NCBI GenBank assembly: GCA_046314755.1
Contig: JBKDBG010000017.1
Location: forward strand, 7,626-71,625
DNA length: 64,000 nucleotides
Direction of reading: 5' to 3'
Origin: Bacteroidota bacterium
Lineage (GTDB): Bacteria > Bacteroidota > Bacteroidia > UKL13-3
Part shown: one piece after another, positions 56,784 through 64,000 of the stretch
Layout: each line of letters begins with the position of its first letter
Position numbering within the stretch: the stretch's first letter is position 1
The notes under the pieces: generated by a model
What the model was told of the DNA's origin: nothing
What the model saw: the letters and a program-made list of their open reading frames with translations, nothing else
Databases searched by the model: none
Made by a program: the position numbers and the translations under genes

Positions 56784-57923
56784 ATGAAACGCCTTTCTAT
56801 TTTAACAATTAGCGCCTTTTGCATTGCCATAGGATTAACCTCATGCAATAAAGAAGAGCAAAATGAAAAACCCGCTCCAATTATTCCTGCGGACACCACT
56901 CCTGTATCACTTGTATTGGACACCCTTTTAACCAACCTGGATCAGCCATGGGGAATGGCTATTTTACCTGATGGGGGAATTATTACTTTAGAAAAAAGGG
57001 GGGTGATGAAACTTACACAAAATGGCAACACAAATCCTATTACAGGTCTTCCGGCTATAAGAAATGCGGGTCAAGGCGGATTAATGGATATTGCATTGCA
57101 TCCGGAATTTAACACCAACAAGTTCATCTATTTCACAGCAACAACCGACATGGGTTCGGGGTATAGCACGGCTTTATATAGAGCACAATTAGAGGGCACA
57201 TCATTGCTGTCTTTAGTTAAATTATTTCAAAGCACACAAATAAACACCTCAAGTGTGCACTTTGGCAGCCGCATTGTGTTTGATAAAGACGGTAAACTTT
57301 ATGTGTGTTTGGGCGAACGAAACGAAACAACACAATCACAAAACTTAAGCAGCCATGCCGGCAAGGTTATACGTTTGAATGATGATGGAAGCGTCCCAAC
57401 CGATAATCCATTTGTTAATCACCCAACCGCCTTAAAAGATGTTTTTTCATACGGACACAGAAATCCGCAAGGAATGGCTATGCATCCGGTAACAGGGCAA
57501 CTGTGGTTGCACGAACACGGACCAAGAGGCGGTGATGAAATAAATCTTTTACAAGCAGGTGCAAATTATGGATGGCCATTGGCATCCTTCGGTGTAAATT
57601 ACAATGGCACTCCAATATCAAAGGATACCGCGGTTGAGGGTACTTTACAGCCAATTTATTATTGGGTTCCGTCTATTGCTCCGTGTGGCATGGATTTTTA
57701 TCAATCTGATAGCATTCCGCAATGGAAAGGTAAATTATTTATTGGTGCGTTGGCAGGTCAACACCTAAACATAACAACCATTGAGAACAATAAGGTAATT
57801 AAAGAAGAAAGAATACTACAAGCATTTGGAAGATTTAGATGTGTTAAGGCCGGGCCTGACGGATACTTGTATTTTTTAACAGAATCTCCGGGGCTATTGT
57901 GCCGATTTAAACCAAAACGATAA
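56784..57923 (+). CDS. PQQ-dependent sugar dehydrogenase (soluble glucose/sorbosone dehydrogenase family, GSDH beta-propeller) lipoprotein
   Basis: A 379-aa ORF. The N-terminus MKRLSILTISAFCIAIGLTSCNK is a lipoprotein signal. LDQPWGMAILPDG, GQGGLMDIALHPEF, HFGSRIVFDKDGKLYV, FSYGHRNPQGMAMHPVTGQLW...HGPRGGDEINL and GANYGWP are the characteristic GSDH blocks. Confidence 0.85.
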   Translation: MKRLSILTISAFCIAIGLTSCNKEEQNEKPAPIIPADTTPVSLVLDTLLTNLDQPWGMAILPDGGIITLEKRGVMKLTQNGNTNPITGLPAIRNAGQGGLMDIALHPEFNTNKFIYFTATTDMGSGYSTALYRAQLEGTSLLSLVKLFQSTQINTSSVHFGSRIVFDKDGKLYVCLGERNETTQSQNLSSHAGKVIRLNDDGSVPTDNPFVNHPTALKDVFSYGHRNPQGMAMHPVTGQLWLHEHGPRGGDEINLLQAGANYGWPLASFGVNYNGTPISKDTAVEGTLQPIYYWVPSIAPCGMDFYQSDSIPQWKGKLFIGALAGQHLNITTIENNKVIKEERILQAFGRFRCVKAGPDGYLYFLTESPGLLCRFKPKR

Positions 57924-58166
57924 GGTTTTAGTTGTTAAAATTATAATGCAGAAAGGGCTTCGCTTTAGATAGCTCGAATGAGTATTGTATGTAGTTATCC
58001 TACGTGGTTGATTTTTGACCCCATTCCTAGTTTCAGATAAAATACACTTTCATGCACAAAAAAGAGCTGACTATGTAAAAATGATTATTTATTCCTTAAT
58101 CAGATTTACACAATCAGCTCCTGTTGTCTGTTTTGATAAAACTTCCTTTAGCTAGTGATTAGCTCT

Positions 58167-61100
58167 TTATTGTTTAATCAACTTTATGGTTTGAGTTTCA
58201 CCATTTACGGTAAGTCTTGCAAAGTAAATTCCAGGGGCAAGTTCTTCTGCTCCATTCACATTCACCTTGTTTAAGCCATTATTTGTTTCAAGCTGCTGAG
58301 TATAAATAGTCTTTCCATGCATATCAACAATTTGAATAGTAGCAATCGTGTTTCCTTTACTCATAAACTCAACAATAAACTGACTCACCACCGGATTTGG
58401 ATAGATTGATACCGAAGACAAATCAAGGTTGTTTTTGTTTACTACAGCCACATTAGAATAAGCGTACGCACCATCAAAATCAATTTGCTTTAAACGGTAA
58501 TACAACACATTTGATGCATCAAATGGATTTACATCAAGCATGGTATAGTTTGAAACTGTTGACGCATTTCCTTTTCCGGTTACAAAGTTGATGTCTTTAA
58601 ACTCAACACCATTTGTTGAGCGTTGAACCAAAAATCCTTTGTTATTTTTTTCTGTTGCAGTTTGCCAATTTAATACCACATCATCTGCTTCAACCTTAGC
58701 CATAAAATAGTTAAGCGAAACAGGAAGCGGAGTTAATGCAGAATCAGTAAAAGTAAACACACCGGTATTACTTACATTATTTGCTAAAACATATCCGTTG
58801 TTGCCCAATGCCGCACTATTGTTATAACGTAACCAATCGGTTGCTGTACCTAAATAGTTAGCAATTTGCATACGATTTACCGCTGCAATATTGCGATGTA
58901 TGGCAGAGTCTTGCATGAGGGTTAAATTAAATGTATAACCACTACCGCCCGTTGGTTGAACATTGTAATACGCATTAGCAAAAGAACTTCCGGAAATGGT
59001 GTTTGTTGGATTTACTCCAGAATAGTACTGCACGTTAACTGCTGTAGGTAAGTTTCCTGCACCCCAAACAGCCTTTGCCACCATACGTGAAGCAAAGAAA
59101 AACTGAGTACTATCATTTGCTGCAGGTGCTTTGTCTGCAAAAGCATTTGGTGGAGTTGACGTTGGCGTAAACTCAACCGAACCAATATCTGTTGCTCCGG
59201 ATACAATAGTTGTTGAGCGTACTCCTGTTGCATTATTAAAATCACCTGAAATGTTTGGTATTCTAATACCCTTTCCGTTTACATACCACGCAGCCGGAGA
59301 AGAAGTAACAATGCCTAAGTTGCCATTCAGTGTGTCAATGAAAAGATCTTGAGCAGAAACAACGCTTGTACGTTCGGCCCAATTGGTATTGTAGGTTGCC
59401 GGGTAAAAAGTATTTAATGCACTCCAGCTATTGCCCACACCCGCAGGTAATTCAGCAATACGAGCAGTATCGTTTACAATAAATGTATTGTAATTAATGT
59501 TTGCCCCGGATACACCCGTAGCCGAAGCCGATGATACACCATACCCAAAACCTGTTCCGTTGGTAGTACGTTTGTTATACACCAGGTTATTGCGGAAGTT
59601 TATGTTTGATGTGGGGGTAGATCGATGAAAACCGGTAGAGTTGTTCGGGCCAACATTTGTATTGCCAGTAATAAAAATACTGTTGTAAGCATAGGTGTTC
59701 GCTCCTGCTGTTGCATCAAAAATACCATATACACGCGATTCGTTCATTGCTGAATCACCAAGTGATATTTGGTTGTTGGCCACAATTGCATTAGAAGATA
59801 TTAATAAATGTATGCCAACTACCTCTGGAGCTGATGAGCCGGGACCCATTCCTATTGCTCCAATATTTCTGATTCTGTTTCTGATGATATTATACCCTCC
59901 GGAAGCACTCACCATAATTCCCACCGGGGAATAAGCCGCTGTTCCTGTGTTAATGCTTTGAATGTTGGAAACAGTGTTTCCTTCAATTGTGATGCCAGAT
60001 GGGGGCCCGGAAGTGATTAATATTCCACCTAATCGAGAAGAGGATGTTACTATTCCCGTATTTAATCCATAAATATTTCGAATTGTATTATTGCTAATGG
60101 TAATTGGCCCAGAGGTGGTGGTGGTGGCAGAAATACCGGCATTTCTTAATGTTGATGCATTAAAAAAGTTGATATGCGACACCAAGTTGTTGTTGATTAC
60201 AATTGAGGAGCCTGTGCCTCCTGAAAAATGAATTGCACTTGATGTACCATTGGTTGCTATTGTATCATAAGGCAACACGCCTCCACCAATAGTATTGTTA
60301 TTTAGCGTTACTATACCGCTTGATACCACAATTGGTTGAAACGCCACCGTAGTAGACCCAACATTTGAAATGACGTTGTTTGAAACGGTAACGGGGTTAT
60401 TTGCACCAACTGTTATACGAATCATAGTAGATCCGGTTGTTGATGTCATGGCTGCGCCACTTCTGTCTGCAGCCGCACCGCCTATACTGTTTCCCGTTAT
60501 CAAATAATTTGTTCCTCCATCAATTTGGTATACAACCATGCCAACATTTCTTGCCATGGTTTGGTAAGATTTATTATTGGAAATGGTCCAAAACGATCCC
60601 GCTGTAGCACCCATATTAATGGAACTAAAACCAATATTTACAAACTCGTTGTTATCAATAGTATTGAAGTCGTTGCTAAAGGTTGTTTGTGAAAAAATAC
60701 CTGTATTAGGCATTGCGGTTGAAATAATATTTCCAAGCGTATCTCTAATTAAACAACCAATCACCGCGTTAGAGTCATTTCCGGTACCGCCAACTTTTGT
60801 TGATGTCCAGAAATTAATCATTGCAACCGTATTGTTGGTTCCCTCAATAATACAATTAGCCAATGTATCGTTGTCTGCATCCTGCTGGAAAGCAAATGTT
60901 GCTCCGGCTGCAGCGCGGTTCATGAATCTTAAAAACCTACCGGAACCGGCAAAGCTACCATCAACCCTCACTCGGTCTGCTCCGTTTAATCTAATCATCG
61001 ATTCAAAAGTAACGGCATAATTACCTACAACATTTCGCACCACAGCCGCATTTGGTTCAATGCGTATGCTATAATTTCCTGTTCCTGTTTCAACGGTTTC

Positions 61101-64000
61101 GTTTAAACCGTTTAAGCCGGTTTCTTCAAGGTCGCTTGTTATTTGTATCGTAATATTTCCTCCTACAACACTTGAGTTAATATAGCTGAATATACCATTA
61201 GCACCTGTTAGGCTGGTAAACGATTGTCCTGTTCCTACATTAAAAACACCGCTTATTACGGCCTGTATTCTATATGCATTTAATGAAGGGAAAACAGTAA
61301 TGTTATTTACACTTGTTCCTTCTGCCCCTCCCGGTGAAGAACCCAAATTGCTTGTGGGTGTTGAATCTTGCGCAACAACAAAATAATAAACTGAATCATC
61401 ACCAACCACTCCACCAATAAGAGCGTTATTAATGGTAAATGTCCATGTTCCATTCGCAGCATTTCCTGAAGTAAGTACACCTGCAGTTGATTGGTACGCT
61501 CCTGAAGCAGCCTTTTTGAAATAGATTCGTGGCATCAATACTCCTGTGGTGTAAACTCCTGAAGCATCGGTTATGGTTGCTACAATGGTTCTGTTTGTTG
61601 TTGCGATGGTATTTGTTAATGCGGTATAATTAATTACAGGTGATGCTAAATCTTGTGCAATAAAGTTACCTGCATCTGCACCCAAATCAACCGGTGTTAA
61701 GTTTGTTCGCGTTTGTCCGTCAAAATCCTCATCCGTTCCAAATCCGGCTACAGCAATTCCTGTTCCCTCTATGGGTGTTGGATTGGCCGGGTTAATTCTT
61801 AAACTCAATGTGTTTATACCACCTGTAGGATTTAACAATCCCGGATTACCATAAATAGAGTTTGCGTCTTCAACTGCACCTGCTTTCCAATTGGCAATAC
61901 TTGCAAATGTGGTTGTACCCACACGCCCTATGGTATCGGCAAATAATAAATTATAGTTGCTGTTTAGGGTTGTATTGTTGTTGATTTGAATGGCATAATG
62001 GCCCGGACCACCCGCAGAAACATTTGTACGTTGGTTCACAATAATATTATTCAACACATCATCTGTTCCTGCTCCTGTGCGTTGAAAAGCGAAGGTGTTG
62101 CTGCTTGAATTATTTACGTTGTTTCCGCCTATGTAAATGGTATTAAAATAAAAGTTACTGTTTCCTGAGTTTTTTGAAATTCCGCGCAAGGTGGCTCCTG
62201 TAACTATTGCATTACCCAACGTGTCAATACCCATTCTAATGAGGTTGTTGTTGATGTTATTATTACCTGCAGCAACATCAAAACCGGTTAAAACAGCAAG
62301 CGGGTTGTTGTCCCAAACCATTTGTGTGTGGACCTCATTACGAATTAAATTATGAGTTGCGTTTGCATTGGTAGAAAAGAAAATTCCTGTGCTTTGAATT
62401 GCGTCTGTTGTTGTGGTTGCTGTTAAGTGTAAACTTCTGATGGTATTTTGCCTTACATCAAAAGTTCCTACAGTTCCTGAAACAACCAAACCGCCAATAA
62501 CAGTGTTTATTCCGGTTGCGTTTGTTCTGCCGGCAGAATAAAGGTTGGTGATAAGGTTATTTGTTACTGTATATGTTCCGGCAATAGTTGGATTCACCAA
62601 AACACCTCTCGTTGCCGTAATGTGTGTTCCGGTTACTGAGTGGAAGTTAAAAATATTTGCAATGGTGTTATTAAAAATTGCATGCACCGGTGTTCCTGAT
62701 GACGGGTTGTTAAAAATACCCGATACGCGTTGTTGTGTTGTTCCGCTTGTTGCTACCGAAAAAATGCGAATACTTCCCGTTAGCGATGAGGTATCGCCAA
62801 TTAGATTATTAAACACGTTTACGTTTGTTCCTGTAAACACATTAATTCCAAAAAACTCAGGAGTAGTAGTTGCGGTAGTGCCATAAACATCAATACCGCT
62901 AACAAAATTGTTCGCAATATTAAATGTATTACCCGTTCCTCCGCCAGTGCGTATGCCAATAAATCCGGTTGACGTTGTTGAACTTGTGTTTACGGTAATT
63001 GCTCCGTTAGTTGTACGCGATCCAATGGTGTTTCCTTGCAATGTGCCAAAATTAACATTGCCATTAACCATGTTTATACCAAGAAATGCCGTTGAAGATG
63101 TGTTGTTTGTAGTGTAGTTAATGTTTGTGATGGTGTTTCCTTGTATTGAGGTTGCAGCACCCAAGCCCACCGATATATCAAACACATTTAATGAGTGGGC
63201 GAAGTTTCCATTCATTTCATAATTACCGGTTCCTGCCGTATTGTTACCTCCAATAAAGTTGTTGTTTATAACAAAACCACTTGCGCTGGTTAGGTTCGCA
63301 ACGTTAGGTGTAATCCAAAATACCCTATGAACCGGGGCTGCCGTAAACGAGCGAGCAGCTGTTTGATAAAATCTATTTCCGCGTATTTGCCAAGCGCTAT
63401 TGTTTGCTCCAACATAAATAGCCGCGCTGTTTACCGTTGGGCTAAAAAAGTTATAAATATTACAGCTGTCAACAATGTTGTTGTCATTGTTAGCCGCAAT
63501 CGTTGTAGCGCTACCAATCGATGAAATGGCAGCTACCGGAAATCCCGATCCCTCTTCTCTAATATCACAAAACTTAATGGTGTTAAAATCATTTCCATTG
63601 GCAAATGTGGTGGTACCAAAATTTATCACACCGGCACCTGCGCTACCAAGTGCGGTTGTGTTTGATGAACGTAAATCAGTATATAAAATCTGATTGCTAT
63701 CTGCATCATTAATAAAACGAACAGCAGGAGCCGTTGCGCTTGAAGTGCGAATAATTAAATTATTTCCACTAACAAAGCCGCCTGCTCCACCCGGACGACC
63801 ATCTATATAAACATGTGAAGCATTGTTTAAATCAATCGTGGCTATATTGCTGTTCCCGTTGATTGAAGAAGCAACACCAACATCAGGGCGTATGGTAACA
63901 CTGTTTGTTGGAGATGCGTTGGTATATGGGCCCAATACAATTGGAAAAACCTCACCGGTTGTATTATCATAAACAGCATCTTTTAATATAAATGTAACCG
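58167..64000 (-). CDS. Giant beta-helix T9SS cargo protein, 5'-truncated by the window edge (more than 1940 aa)
   Basis: The track ORF of 1922 aa begins at a TTG at 63933-63935, but the frame stays open to 64000 (...VTFILKDAVYDNTTGEVFPIVLGPYTN...). The N-terminus is therefore outside the window. It has the same N/S/T/G beta-helix repeat style and a module (PRIYFKKAASGAYQ...) shared with the other giants. The C-terminus has the pre-CTD module LPVSLNYFMAKVEADDVVLNWQTATEKNNKGFLVQRS... followed by IYPNPVVSQFIVE...GIYFARLTVNGETQTIKLIKQ. Confidence 0.85.
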   Translation of the reverse strand, partial: VTFILKDAVYDNTTGEVFPIVLGPYTNASPTNSVTIRPDVGVASSINGNSNIATIDLNNASHVYIDGRPGGAGGFVSGNNLIIRTSSATAPAVRFINDADSNQILYTDLRSSNTTALGSAGAGVINFGTTTFANGNDFNTIKFCDIREEGSGFPVAAISSIGSATTIAANNDNNIVDSCNIYNFFSPTVNSAAIYVGANNSAWQIRGNRFYQTAARSFTAAPVHRVFWITPNVANLTSASGFVINNNFIGGNNTAGTGNYEMNGNFAHSLNVFDISVGLGAATSIQGNTITNINYTTNNTSSTAFLGINMVNGNVNFGTLQGNTIGSRTTNGAITVNTSSTTSTGFIGIRTGGGTGNTFNIANNFVSGIDVYGTTATTTPEFFGINVFTGTNVNVFNNLIGDTSSLTGSIRIFSVATSGTTQQRVSGIFNNPSSGTPVHAIFNNTIANIFNFHSVTGTHITATRGVLVNPTIAGTYTVTNNLITNLYSAGRTNATGINTVIGGLVVSGTVGTFDVRQNTIRSLHLTATTTTDAIQSTGIFFSTNANATHNLIRNEVHTQMVWDNNPLAVLTGFDVAAGNNNINNNLIRMGIDTLGNAIVTGATLRGISKNSGNSNFYFNTIYIGGNNVNNSSSNTFAFQRTGAGTDDVLNNIIVNQRTNVSAGGPGHYAIQINNNTTLNSNYNLLFADTIGRVGTTTFASIANWKAGAVEDANSIYGNPGLLNPTGGINTLSLRINPANPTPIEGTGIAVAGFGTDEDFDGQTRTNLTPVDLGADAGNFIAQDLASPVINYTALTNTIATTNRTIVATITDASGVYTTGVLMPRIYFKKAASGAYQSTAGVLTSGNAANGTWTFTINNALIGGVVGDDSVYYFVVAQDSTPTSNLGSSPGGAEGTSVNNITVFPSLNAYRIQAVISGVFNVGTGQSFTSLTGANGIFSYINSSVVGGNITIQITSDLEETGLNGLNETVETGTGNYSIRIEPNAAVVRNVVGNYAVTFESMIRLNGADRVRVDGSFAGSGRFLRFMNRAAAGATFAFQQDADNDTLANCIIEGTNNTVAMINFWTSTKVGGTGNDSNAVIGCLIRDTLGNIISTAMPNTGIFSQTTFSNDFNTIDNNEFVNIGFSSINMGATAGSFWTISNNKSYQTMARNVGMVVYQIDGGTNYLITGNSIGGAAADRSGAAMTSTTGSTMIRITVGANNPVTVSNNVISNVGSTTVAFQPIVVSSGIVTLNNNTIGGGVLPYDTIATNGTSSAIHFSGGTGSSIVINNNLVSHINFFNASTLRNAGISATTTTSGPITISNNTIRNIYGLNTGIVTSSSRLGGILITSGPPSGITIEGNTVSNIQSINTGTAAYSPVGIMVSASGGYNIIRNRIRNIGAIGMGPGSSAPEVVGIHLLISSNAIVANNQISLGDSAMNESRVYGIFDATAGANTYAYNSIFITGNTNVGPNNSTGFHRSTPTSNINFRNNLVYNKRTTNGTGFGYGVSSASATGVSGANINYNTFIVNDTARIAELPAGVGNSWSALNTFYPATYNTNWAERTSVVSAQDLFIDTLNGNLGIVTSSPAAWYVNGKGIRIPNISGDFNNATGVRSTTIVSGATDIGSVEFTPTSTPPNAFADKAPAANDSTQFFFASRMVAKAVWGAGNLPTAVNVQYYSGVNPTNTISGSSFANAYYNVQPTGGSGYTFNLTLMQDSAIHRNIAAVNRMQIANYLGTATDWLRYNNSAALGNNGYVLANNVSNTGVFTFTDSALTPLPVSLNYFMAKVEADDVVLNWQTATEKNNKGFLVQRSTNGVEFKDINFVTGKGNASTVSNYTMLDVNPFDASNVLYYRLKQIDFDGAYAYSNVAVVNKNNLDLSSVSIYPNPVVSQFIVEFMSKGNTIATIQIVDMHGKTIYTQQLETNNGLNKVNVNGAEELAPGIYFARLTVNGETQTIKLIKQ

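Noticed and set aside
58040-58166. Possible terminator downstream of the 1922-aa gene (the GAGCTGA...TCAGCTC and AGCTA...TAGCT pairings)
   Set aside because: The stems are short or separated by a loop of about 45 nt, which is not a convincing intrinsic terminator.
58167-63935. Start codon of the 1922-aa ORF as given in the track
   Set aside because: The assigned start is a TTG at 63933-63935, but the reading frame remains open to the window edge (64000). The true N-terminus and signal peptide lie outside the window, so the gene is reported as partial.
1-64000. Mobile elements, CRISPR arrays, tRNA and rRNA genes
   Set aside because: Intergenic regions were scanned by eye. I found no transposase or integrase-like ORFs, no regularly spaced short repeats and no tRNA-like cloverleaf candidates. 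All large direct repeats found are intragenic or paralog-derived.

Overview
The window looks like Bacteroidetes DNA. Eight ORFs end in Por/T9SS C-terminal sorting domains, and one TAnnTTTG promoter motif of the Bacteroidetes type is present. The sequence is moderately AT-rich by eye.

Layout, left to right:
- 1-19.5 kb: mostly housekeeping and metabolic genes. These are an ALDH7-family dehydrogenase fragment, an M1 zinc aminopeptidase, a TPR protein, a ComA-like phosphosulfolactate-synthase-family protein, GatB/YqeY, a LOG-family protein and an NADP-malic enzyme. They surround a four-gene minus-strand operon at 6.5-12.5 kb. I read that operon as a chaperone-usher-like fibre assembly module: a periplasmic two-domain chaperone candidate, two paralogous secreted subunit-like proteins, and a 1153-aa outer-membrane barrel carrying two Ig-like C-terminal domains and a SPOR domain.
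- 19.6-37.8 kb: two tandem giant genes (2497 and 3464 aa) encoding N/S/T/G-rich multi-domain beta-helix T9SS cargo proteins.
- 38.2-53.6 kb: a minus-strand starch-degradation cluster made only of T9SS cargo. It contains two GH13 alpha-amylases, two tandem-CBM20 starch-binding proteins that share an unrecognised N-terminal domain, and one autotransporter-repeat protein. No SusC/SusD genes are present.
- 54-64 kb: two paralogous BNR-like lipoproteins, a PQQ-type sugar dehydrogenase lipoprotein, an 11-nt poly-C tract in a divergent promoter region, and a third giant beta-helix T9SS protein that runs off the window.

No rRNA, tRNA, CRISPR array, transposase or integrase was recognised. Many short ORFs in the six-frame track lie antisense inside the giant genes and are treated as spurious.
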